From Azolla caroliniana (lineage: Eukaryota; Plantae; Polypodiophyta): a stretch of 64,000 bases of DNA. The notes beneath the pieces were generated by a model. The model was not told the origin of the DNA, did no database searches, and saw only the letters and a program-made list of their open reading frames with translations. The position numbers and the translations under genes were made by a program. The DNA lies in NCBI GenBank assembly GCA_043228905.1, contig JBHGNT010000004.1, forward strand, positions 22,134,001 to 22,198,000. The letters are read 5' to 3'. Positions 52,883 to 64,000 of this stretch are shown here, in pieces; the stretch's first letter is position 1, and each line of letters begins with the position of its first letter.

Positions 52883-55800
52883 TTATGCATTTAATGCGGG
52901 AGGGTGGATATTAGCATGGCCACGACCCCGACCCCGACCCCGTCCCCGTCCATAACCACGACTGAAATCACTCACAACACCACCTTGAGGGACCATAACT
53001 TCACTATCATCAATAAGGGCATCTGTAGTATTTTCACACGGAGGAAGTTCATTCTCAGTCGGCCCTTCAGCCATGTAGTTGCCTTCAATATATCTAACCG
53101 GATTCTTACATGTGCGTCGATTATGACGTTGTTGCATCCCGCACCGAGAGCATGTAAATGGCCTCGTATTCTCCTCAAGCTCAGCTGCAGTAATCTGCCT
53201 TTTCCTAGGCCTTCCTGGTGGTCTCCTCGTCTCTGGTGGCAACACATTCTCCATAACTATTGATTGCATATCAATCGGATATATGGGGCTCTCGTAGGAC
53301 TCTTTGTATGCTTCTATTGAGAAACATCGATCAGCATACATTTGACATTGATCTCCCCGAAAAAGAATGGCAGCACATGCATGAGAACAAGGTACCCCAA
53401 AGATTTGCCATTCCTTGCACGTGCAATCCCAGCCATCCAAGTTCACTATCCTCGTTTGTTTGCCAGTGTCAATCTCAAACACGGTCAAATCTGATGGTCT
53501 CACCAAGTAGTGTTGTGAAGAAGCCATCGCCTCCCTTATTTTCTCATCGATCGGTTGAATCAAGGTGGAGGGATCAAACTGTGGGACTTGAACAGCAGTC
53601 TCAGCCTCTTGACGACGTTGAAAGAACCATTCCGCTAATTGTTTTCTTATCGATTCGAGCATTGCTATAATCGGCATTGACCTCGCTTCCTGCAGCCAAG
53701 AATTCACTGATTCGGCCACGGTAGAGGTCAGATGACCCCATCTTCGGCCAGGAAAATGAGCCGTTGCCCAATGAACAGGATCCACATCCAGCATATATTG
53801 CACGCCGTCAGGACAAAGAACCCGAGCAGCATTTATCGCCTCCTCAAACTTTTCCATACTTACTTGATGGGCTGCGGACCATATCAGCTTGATGAATTCT
53901 CCATTACTAGTATACTCTTTTTTCAAGGTCTCCACAAGGTGCCTCATGCAACATGCATGTTTGCTTTCTGGAAATACTGCCAAACCTGCTTCAACTAACC
54001 CTTTTTCTCGATTGGAAATGAGGGTCAATATGCAGGTCTCCAACTGTAGACTTTGCCTCAATGCAGTCATAAACCACATCCAATTCTCTTCATTTTCAAC
54101 ATCAACTACAGCTAAAGCAATGGGATATAATTGATCTCTTGCGTCTAAACCAGTAGCACTGAGAAGGCATCCTTGGAACTTGCCAGTGAGCTGAGTTGCA
54201 TCAAATGCAACAAAAGGTCGGCAATACTTGAACCCCCTTAAGCAAGCTGAATATGCCAAAAAAAGCCTATAAAATGTGACACCCCTACACTCCATAAATG
54301 CAACCGAGCCTGGATTCGTAGTTCTTATAGCCGAGAGATACCCAGGCAACATACAATAACCTTTGAGCTCATCTCCATGAATGGATATCATTGCAGCTTC
54401 TTTACCTCTCCAAGCTCGAGCATACGGTATTTGTATGCCTTCTTCGCGTTGCAAATCTCGGATAATATCCACAGGGCGGTAATTTGGATGTTGCTTAATC
54501 TTCTCTTGTAGCTTTTGGGCTATCCATTGAGCCGAGGCATTCTTGTTTCCAAGGCCTGGGGCACCCTCACATGTATGTTCAGCTAACGCTCGTATTCGAC
54601 AAGTAGGACCCGTGCCTAGTATTGATGCATGCATACGCCATCCACACCCAGCATTCCTGCATCTCACTGTATACTTTGACCGGCTGGATTTGACAACATA
54701 AAACTCTACATGCTTTTCCAGACATGCAGCTCGAAGCTTTTCTTTCAGATCATCTATCGTGGCAAAGTCATCGCCGAGCTTGAAGTCCATATGGATTGAC
54801 CTGTTGAAAATAGAGGGCGAAAATCCTTTAAAATAGGTACATGCAATTCAAGAATCTGTATATTTTACTATGAGAAAAATTAACAAAAAAACCAATGGAT
54901 CTCATTTCAATAGCATTGGCAGCCAAGTATATTAATGAAGTATGATGAACAGCATTGGGAAAAGACCAAATCCAAAGAGTATAATTGATTACTCAAAACT
55001 AACAAAAATCATAATCCATTTATGTCATTCTGTTCACCGATCATCAGTTTGCATCCAAATCAGTGCAAGTCTTTTTAGACATATTGGCTTAAAGATAAAA
55101 GCTCTCACAAAACTGATAAAAACAATGGGTTTACCTGGAGTCTTCTAGTTTGAGATGCGTGCGCCCACAAACTGGCATCATCTGTCCAGCCTCAAGAGCT
55201 TGCTGAACATACTCTTCGAGACAATCTCGGCTCGCACTTGGCACATCCACATCTACTGATACCTTATTGAGCCATTTAAAAGACTCCTGATTAACAAGGT
55301 CATGAAGAGGGCCCGCATAGCCATTCATCCCAGCCGCAAAAGCAATATAAGGAGGGTCGGCTACCGTGCTGCCCACCAAGCAAACACCATATATCTTTGG
55401 ATCATCAAAACCTAGCACACGGCTGAATTTGGCAGCAAGATGATCAGGTGAGGAGAGGGTATGTCCATCATTGCCAACCCTTCGGTAGATAAAAGCTCCA
55501 ACAAGAGGTAAGTGAGGGATGAGATCTAAGCAATCGGGTTCATACACATCAGCTGAAGAAGTTGCATGGCTTCTGGATTGAAGGGCCATGATGGCAGAGA
55601 CCAATTGTGTCAGTGGATGCAATGGTGGGGGCAGTGCCTTGATGCATCCAAGCACAAAATCAGGCGTTTTTGGGGCCACAGAATCATCAATGGTTCTGTC
55701 TATGATGTCACTAGATATTGGCCACAGTTGGGGCCCTAAAAATATCCCTGGTAGGGTTCCATTTCCATTTCTGGCGGTCTCAGACAACGGCTTGAATTCG

Positions 55801-56846
55801 GCAACCAAAGAAGACTCTATTTGGGCTCCATTCGCATTTCGGGGGTCGTCGGACAAAAGCTTGATTTCAGCAACCAAAGAAGACTCTATTTGGGTTTCAT
55901 TTGCATTTCGGAGGTCGTCGGACAAAGGCTTGACTTGGTCATCAGAAAAGGACCCTATTTCCATTCCATTTACGTTTTCAACATCATTGGGCAAAGGTTT
56001 GATTTGGGCAACCGAAGAAGTCCTAAATTGAGCTTCATTTCCAACTTCATTGCAGAAAGGCTTGATTTGATCACCTAAAGAATCCTCAATTTGCATTCCA
56101 TTTCCATGTTCCTTGGACAAAAGCTTGGTTTGGGCTCCCAGAAAATGTCCTAGCTGGGTTCCATTTCTGTTCCCAATGCCATTGGATAAAGGCTTGATTT
56201 GGGCATCTGAAAAAGTCTCTTTTTGATTTCCATGTTCACCTGACAAAGACTTAATTTGAGGAGCCAAAAAAGTTCCTCCTTGTGTTTCATCACCTCCAAG
56301 ATCATTGGACAAAGGCTTGAATTCAGCACCAGAAGAAGCGCCTATTTGGGCTCCGTTTCCACTTCCATTGGAAGAAAAAGGCTTGATTGGGACACCCGAA
56401 AAGGTGCCAATTTGAATTCCCCTTCCACTTTCATCACCAGGCAAACACTTGATTTTGGCGCCTGAAAAACCTCCTAATTGGCCACTCCTTCCACATTCTT
56501 CTCCAGAGAAAGGCTTGATTTCAGCGGGGGGTATTTGGGCAGTGAGAAAAATCCACAAAACCCCTTCTGAAAGCTGGTTGCTCTGTTTCTCCTCCCCAGA
56601 AGAAGAAGATGACGATGTTGAAGTTTCGGGAGCCAAGAAACCTCTGTAGAGGATTCCATAGTCTGAATCAAGACTAGACACATCCCAATGTACGTTATTG
56701 ATGCCTCTGGAACTTGCTAGCATGCCTTGAACTGTGTGTGGATCAAGTTTGGTGTGGCCCTGTTGTTTTATGCGAGAAAGGAGATCTTTGAATTGAGGGA
56801 TTAGGGCACTTACAGTTTTCTGTAGAGAAGCATCATCCGCTTCCAT
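52883..56846 (-). CDS. Two-exon chimeric gene: degenerate citrate-synthase-like domain fused to a MULE/MuDR transposase-derived protein (1209 aa predicted)
   Basis: Exon 1 (56846-55135) ends CCAG/GTAAAC in phase 2. Exon 2 (54800-52883) follows TTTTCAACAG and gives ...LEDSR-SIHMDFKLG... in frame. Both exons are free of stops. Exon 2 encodes a MuDR DNA-binding domain, MULE core, SWIM finger (CTCKEWQIFGVPCSHA), zinc knuckle and an RG tail. Confidence 0.8.
55720..56530 (-). repeat. In-frame coding tandem repeat, about 12 units of 20-23 aa
   Basis: Consensus approximately G.QIG.F.GAQIKPLS.D.GN. Confidence 0.88.
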
Positions 56847-57218
56847 ATCGTCTTTCTTTCTATCTTTCTGCCTGGCTGAACTGTCTTGACTGTCTGTATT
56901 TCTGTCTTATTCCTCGTCTGCTTTTTGATTTTGTCTTTCTTTCTTGTTGGAGGAGAAGAAGAGGGTTTTGTTTCTGTGCCAATAGGCCGCAGGCAGGATC
57001 GCTGCTATCTTCGTCTGAGAGAGAGAGGGGGGGGGGGGGGCAGAGAGGAGGAAGGAGGGAAGGGGACTCGTAAATATTGTTAGGCCTATGGTTTGCCTTA
57101 TTTCTGTTTTTAGGGCTCCCTGCTCTCACTCTCTATTTGTTTTGCTTTGTTTTTTTTTGTCGGTAAAAGCACACAATTATATGAATTGTATGTAAAATCC
57201 ACTTAGTTACAACTCTTC

Positions 57219-59420
57219 TTAGTCTCCTCTACCTATCATATGCCTATATATAGGGAGACGGACATCCTGTAATGCCATTAAAAAACCAGAATATGCATTT
57301 GTGGAAATGATCCCCACATGCTCTAACATCCAAAAAATCCACGTGATAATACCTTTCAGCTGCTTTATATAGGCTTTCACCCCCATGTCTATTATCAAAC
57401 ATGAAAGCATTGCGCATATTCCAATTGTGTTGTAAGTTCCCAATAACGTAAAATTTGGAACAATACCTCCATCTCATCATTTGAACCATTTTTGAACATA
57501 TTGAGAAAAAACCCATTGTTGAGGTCTCAAACAACGGGTTCAAACTTGCCAAATGTCCAATAAGTATTTCCAAATGGTGCATGGTACAGGACATTTAATG
57601 AACCTATGTGTACTTTCCTCCAATGGAACGGTGCAAAAGAAACAAGTGACGGGCCCTAGTCCTTGTCTCTTTAAGGCCGAACCTAATGGGAGCCCACCAA
57701 TCATGACTCTCCATATGAATACCTTTGCACGAAATGGTAGATGGGAATGTCAACCACGTTGTAATATTTTCCACCACCTTGCATCTGACTTACATACATT
57801 CCACAACTTCGCTACTTTAGGAGATAGGCAGGTAATGATGTCATTGCATGATGATACAATAGATTTGTTGTGACTTCTACAAATTTCTCTCAAATAAATC
57901 CATAATTTGGGGGAATACATAACCATCACTTGGCATCTTCAAATTCCTACAACCTTTGAGATTCATTATCAACCACATCTTCCAAATATACAATCCCCAA
58001 TCGAAATAAACGATTGAATTGAGATCTCAACTTCTCTTTCCCATGCCAAAACAACACTCAAGACGAAACAAGCAATTCATTTTGTAATGAATTACAAGGT
58101 CCCCATTCAAAAAGAGATAATGCATCTTGCCATGATCTTACCAAATGTTGTCCACATATAGAAGAATGTTGAATCTTTAGAGGAATACTTCCATTGAGTA
58201 ATGACCACCAGGATACTTGAACCTTTGTTTTCCGGTGAACCAATCCTTCATGCTCAATAAAATATTGCATCATAGATATCCATGGTTGATCTTGTTGACA
58301 CATATATCATAATAATGCAAATCTACGAGCCATCAAATGCATTTCCAAATCCAATATTGCCGCACCACCGAACCTTTTAGGAGTAGCCAAATGGTCCCAT
58401 GAAATCCATGTAACTCCCGTCATTTCTCCCTTCCGCCACAACATGAACTGAATAGGTTGTAACATGTTTTGCAATGCCGTCTTAGTCCAAGGTAGTAAAG
58501 GCAAAAATTATACTAACATAGGTATTAAGATACATTGCACCACTTTGAGTCATACATGAAAGGGCCATAATTGAGACTTCCAAGACATAAATTTGTCCTT
58601 CAATTTACTACCAATCCAATCCAATCAATTGAACATTTGCAACATCAACACCCAATGGATAAAACCCAAATGTCGATATATTGATCCTCATGTAATCACT
58701 GAACCTCACCATCCCAAACATTCCAAATCACTCTCCGTACAAGAAATAAGGCGAGACTTCCTTCAATTTATATACAACCCTGAAGCCAAAGCAAATTTAT
58801 CCCAAACTTGCATACTCCTTTCAAGATTTTCTTTTGAGACTTGTAAAAACATAAAAGAATCATCTGCCAATGCTTGTGCCACCAATTGTCCACCAGATGG
58901 AAGATGCAAACCCACAATATCACCACTGGCCACAAGATTTGACAACATTAACTAACAAAGGATGTGTAACAATAGCAAATAACAATGGGCTTAGTGGACA
59001 TCCTTGCCACAAGGATTTAGTAAGAAACACACTCCGGCATTAAGCATCATACATGAGGTTGCATGTTGCCCTAGCAAAAAGATAAGTCGACACATACGAG
59101 GACCAAACCCCATATTATACATCACACCTAAGAGGAAAGACCAATTAACATGATCATATGCTTTTTCCAAATCTAATTGCACCGTAACCATTTCTTGATG
59201 TGTATGTCGAGCATAATCAATAGCTATTTGAACATTCAAAACAGTATGCAATATATTTCTACCTACAATAAAACCATATTGAGATGGATGAATAAGTTGA
59301 GGTAAGATTTTCTTTAGTCTATTGGATAATATCTTTGCAAACACTTTGTACAACCCTCCCATCAATGAAATAGGCCTCCATTGATGAAATGACTCCAAAA
59401 ATGATACCTTTGGTATTATT
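57219..59420 (-). mobile_element. L1-clade LINE ORF2 remnant (RT and downstream domains)
   Basis: Motifs WRPISLMGGLYK, QYGFI.GR, LDLEKAYDHVNW, QG.PLSPLLF and LADD; many stops and frameshifts. Confidence 0.85.
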
Positions 59421-59752
59421 TGATTTTTGGCTCGTTGCGAAGCTCGTTTAGAGAGCTTTCCAAGGATTGTTTGGATGTTAAATTTCGTTGTTGTTACAAG
59501 AAGTTACAAGGAAAATTGTCATCATCTCAGGTTAGTTCTCTCAATCTCTATTAGGATGGCAAACACAACAACAGGAAGTGTGTTGATGATTGTTGATGAA
59601 TGTGGTAGTAATGATGGCTATGAAAATTACAAGAAGCAAAAATGTATCGATTCTACAAAGCATGAGAAAACATCATATGTGTTATTCTTGGTGGCAAATA
59701 TGTTATTGGAGATGATTATGATGTTGACAGTTGTTGTGATTTTGTTAAGGCG

Positions 59753-60665
59753 TTGATTTCTAATTTTATGGGAAAAAATGAGAATGATGCTAAAGATTGT
59801 GTGGAGGAGGATGTTGTGGAGGTGGTGATGGAGACCAAGTCTATGTTAACAACTTTTGACAGGTTCTATGATCGTGGTGTTATTTTGTATTTTACTACAA
59901 AACTTCCTTTGGTATCATGGATTAAGCAGTGGTTGAATTCATTCATAATGCCTAAATTATTGTGTTGAGGATGTGTATGTGGGTCCAAGAGGTTTTTATG
60001 ATGTGGTTTTTTTATCGTCAAAACACCGTACAACTTTGATGGCAAAGGTACCAATCTTTTTTGATAGAAGATTAGTGTATGTGATGGAATGGGTTCTAGT
60101 GGTGGATTATAGAGATTTATTAAAACAACAATGTCCAATTTGGGTGATCGTTGATTGTAGTAACTCATTCTTTTGGAATTTACTACCAGGATTGATGTCT
60201 CAAATTGGTAAAGTTTTGGTTGCTCCTCATCTTAATTCGTTGAACAAATGTAGATTTTGCATGTTATGGGATACAAGTTGTAAAATTCCAGGATGGTTGA
60301 GTATAGATACATCTCGATTTAGTCGATTTCGTTTTAAGCTTCAATGGGAGACTTTTGTAGTACATTGTTTTAAATGTGGTGAATTGGGGCATTTTATGGT
60401 TGAATGCCAATATCATGGTGAACTATCCCCAAAAAATTATGTCAAAGGGAATAAGGAAGATGTTGAGAAGGATATTGTCTCAACAGTTGATATGGTCATG
60501 GACAAGGGAACATCTCATGGGTTAGAGCGGGATCCTAAAGTTCATGGTCATGTTAGAGGTGTTGGGGAGGAGAATGGAGTACGTATTAATGATGACCCAG
60601 ATGTTGAAGATGGAGAGTGGCATCAAGTGAAGCATAAGATAAAAGGGAAGGGTGTTGTCATATAA
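59753..60665 (+). mobile_element. L1-type ORF1 remnant (DUF4283-like region and CCHC knuckle)
   Basis: Motifs RGFYDVVF, CPIWV, QIGKVL and HCFKCGELGHFMVEC; one internal stop near 59968. Confidence 0.7.
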
Positions 60666-63600
60666 AGGGACACAAAAAATATGAACAGTAAGGCATTACC
60701 AAAAGATAATTTGAGATTGAATGAGAGCTTTAAGAAAAATCCTTGGCAGAAACAATTGCGAAATCAGAGAGTGTCCAACTAATTACAATTTGATTCTTCG
60801 GGAAGGGTTATGCGACCTCAATTAAATCAAGGACTTCGTTCTCGTGGAGGTAGACAACAAAACCCTATTATTGGTGGAGGTGATATAGTACACACAAATC
60901 CTTATGCAGATCTTGAACAAGTAGTTAGTACATTCATGAATACACTTCCTCATAAAGAGCAAGTTCTTATTATCTTCTTTAGTGTGAATTGACAACTTTC
61001 AAATCGAAAGAGCGAGGCACTTAGGGTATGATGCACTCCTCGATGTTATTGAAAGGGCCTCCTCTAGCAATATGTCATAATTGAGATTATTGTTGCCTTT
61101 GATTCTTAGAGGATTGACAGGATGTGTGACAATGTTGAGAACTATCATTTGGAGAATCAATCACAAATTAGGCAACAGTGTTAGCTAAGACCATGTATGA
61201 GACATGGACAAGATTCCACCCAACATCACTTACAAATATAGTATCTATACAAAGCTCAATTCAATGATTCTTACAAGAGGAGAGAAGTTCAACGATGTCA
61301 TGTTACAGTTGGACACTAAGGTCTTTTCATGGCGAATGAAATTCTAGTGAAAATAGTTCAATGGCAGCTTTAGGAGAAACTATAGAGTACTTTACAATTT
61401 TTTAACTAGTTTTTAACTAATTTTTTAACATGTACCTTAACCTAGTTGTTGTTACCTATTAATTGTCCATAATAATTTAAACAAAGGATAATTACTTAAG
61501 TTAAAGAACTCTAAAACATTATATGGATTTTGCAAAAGTTCTCTTGTTTATTTTCCATGGTAGAGTTATGTTCGATTTTACTTTTCCTATTAGATTGTAT
61601 AAGATTTCTATGCCAAGAGTTTCTTCAGTAAGTTATGACTTTTGAAACGGAACTTGAGATAAATGAGCCTCAAAGAATATTCACACAAGAGCAAGACTTC
61701 TCCCAAGAAAAATCTAAGATATGAATTCATTATGACATTTTACAACGATCTAATGACTTCCATGTTCAATAGATCATATCATGTGGACATTGGAGAGTGA
61801 TCAATATCTCTTTTGATGCAAAACAATAAATCAAAGACCTTAAATATGCTCATGCTTTTAAAGTTATTTACCCCAATAAGTATCATGTATCATGTATCAT
61901 GTATCCTGGTAACTCATTATGCCAGAACAAACATCAAAGCTGAGTTACCAGAACAAACATCAAAGTGTTGACCACAAACTGGGGATTTGCTTAAGATACA
62001 ACATAAGTTTTAGTTGGCAATTTGATATTTGCACAATCAATTGTACATTAAAGTTTGTTTGCCTACTTATCTTGATTCGTTGTTGAAATATATAATCAGC
62101 AAATAACATGCATATAAACTTTTCTTACTCTTTAAGCCAAATACATGAAAAGAGCTCAAACTTAAATATTATGCAACATTAAAGGATTGTCTGTGCGTCC
62201 TTTGATTGTGTAGCAAGAGAACCAAGTAGTATCCTTTCTTTATAAAAATGGAAAATGATATAATCATATGATGTTATAATTAAACTTAAATTGTTGCTTT
62301 TGGACAATTAAATTTGGCAAAGAAGATATAAACTATGTACATAGGTTCGTTAATCTTATTGATACTTCAGCCACTGTATTATAAACATGATTCAAAATCT
62401 CGAATATTAAAAAGAAATGCCTAGATCTTTCTAAAAAATCCATCTTTATAACTCATCAAAAAGTAACTCCATACTCTCTTGAAAAAGATACTTGAGAATT
62501 AGCTAGATTCCTTTGTTATTCTTTCCATAAAAGTTGTGTATATTCAAACAACACGACAATACAAAAAACCCCTCGGTGTCCCCACTACAATAATGAGGAT
62601 CTTATGGCAAAGTAAACCATCTAAGGTTTTGTAATGACAAAAAGGCATATCCTTTGAGGATAGGTTGCACATAGAACTTAGCAAAAGGCATATCCTTTGA
62701 AGATAGGTTGCACATAGAACTTAGTTAACAACAACTACCACGTCAACTTTCCTTTCAAACCAAATACTTCTTTTGGTGCTCCATGGAGACCATCAAACAA
62801 CCACCAATTTCTCATACTCCAATCGTACCACAGACTCCAATACCTAATGTAGTCAAACACAACCTAAGAAGCGAACAATACCTTGTCGTGTGTAACAGTC
62901 TTGGAGCGAGGGATACCTAAGACAATGGGTGCATGAGGATACTTCGTGACATCAAATTGTAACTCTTCAACATGATTGCCAATGGTCATGCAATGGCTCT
63001 GTTTCATGCAATGGTAAGGCATGTCCATTGATGGTTGTTGTTAGAAGGGGCTTGGTGCAAGGGACTCATGAAATGGCATGAGCGCAGGCAATGTTGGAAT
63101 AAACCAAATAGGTTATGTAGAAAAGTATATGGTCACTAGAACAAGACAATCAAAGGATCCATGTTGCATTGTACCATCAAGGATGGGAAGTGTATTAGAT
63201 GAGAGAGGTTGACAAAATGATATGAATCGCATAGATGAATGGATTAGGTTTGGACAAAGGCATTAGAGAAGTCACGGAAGGGGATGGAGGGGTGGGGACA
63301 CAAGGGCGACTCGAAGTTAATCGAGTCTTGGTAACATCGCAAATATGGAATGTAGGTTGAGGACTTGGAAGCATGGGGCAATAGCCTTTAAAAAATGTGG
63401 GAGGTTATGTGGCGAAGTATCAATGAAGTTGTGGGACAAAAGTATTTTGATATTGGCGATTTGGAGGGTTGGGAACTCGAAATGGAACTTGGGACAACAT
63501 TGAGCCAACCGGTAGACCCTCGTTGGGGGCAATTTGAGGTGTTTCAAGATCTTGAAAGGGTTTTGTACTTGGTGCAAGTGGAGGATAAATGGATGAACTC

Positions 63601-64000
63601 ACCATAAAGACAAGAGGCCTACACAAATGTGGTGATCCCACTCTTCACGTGTCAATTGCCCTCAACAGTTTGTTACAGTGGAGCCTAGGCTAACTTTTTC
63701 ACCGTCAACATCTACTTAAAGAGGCGAGAGAACTTGGGTTTGGACCAGGCGGTGGGAATGGTCCAATGTCATGGCGTGTCATGAAGGGTCAAGTTTGGGT
63801 TTCCCACTTAGTGTTGTATCCAAGCTTGGTGTTAATACTTGCTCGTCAAATCTAGTTCCTAACACAAGTTGTTGAACTCCATGACACATTACACCATGGA
63901 GCGCTCCTTTTATTTTGACTCAAAGAAGTGGTCCCAAGTAGAGGGGGCAAATATGTTGGGGATTGCACACTCTACTCGCGGTGATTTGGCAAAGTGGTTC

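Noticed and set aside
55131-56846. Functional citrate synthase gene
   Set aside because: Catalytic and substrate-binding segments are deleted or substituted, there is no targeting peptide, and the ORF's stop lies inside a splice donor.
62700-64000. Possible gypsy integrase or LINE remnant
   Set aside because: No motif could be read with confidence.

Overview
Repeat-rich nuclear DNA of a land plant, probably a fern or another seed-free lineage (inferred from Tcn1-type chromovirus, RTE-X-like LINE pieces and AG-microsatellite LTRs). Host genes: a spliced AIPP2-like PHD/SPOC gene (15974-18993, -), a TMKL1-like LRR pseudokinase (42577-45380, +) and tRNA-Glu(CTC) (51421-51493). Two systems stand out. 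(1) At about 3.1-10.5 kb, a decayed DNA-transposon-like unit places a Sola-like DDD transposase head-to-head with a six-exon gene that fuses a ParB-like domain to a bacterial-type beta-class N4C/N6A DNA methyltransferase. (2) At 52883-56846 (-), an intact two-exon frame splices a degenerate, repeat-expanded citrate-synthase domain in frame to a MULE/MuDR transposase with a D-to-N change in its catalytic triad (1209 aa predicted). The 19.5-35.4 kb region is a nest of copia and gypsy retrotransposons with two inversions and a 100-N gap. L1 remnants lie at 57-61 kb. All domain assignments come from motif recognition by eye, not from database searches.
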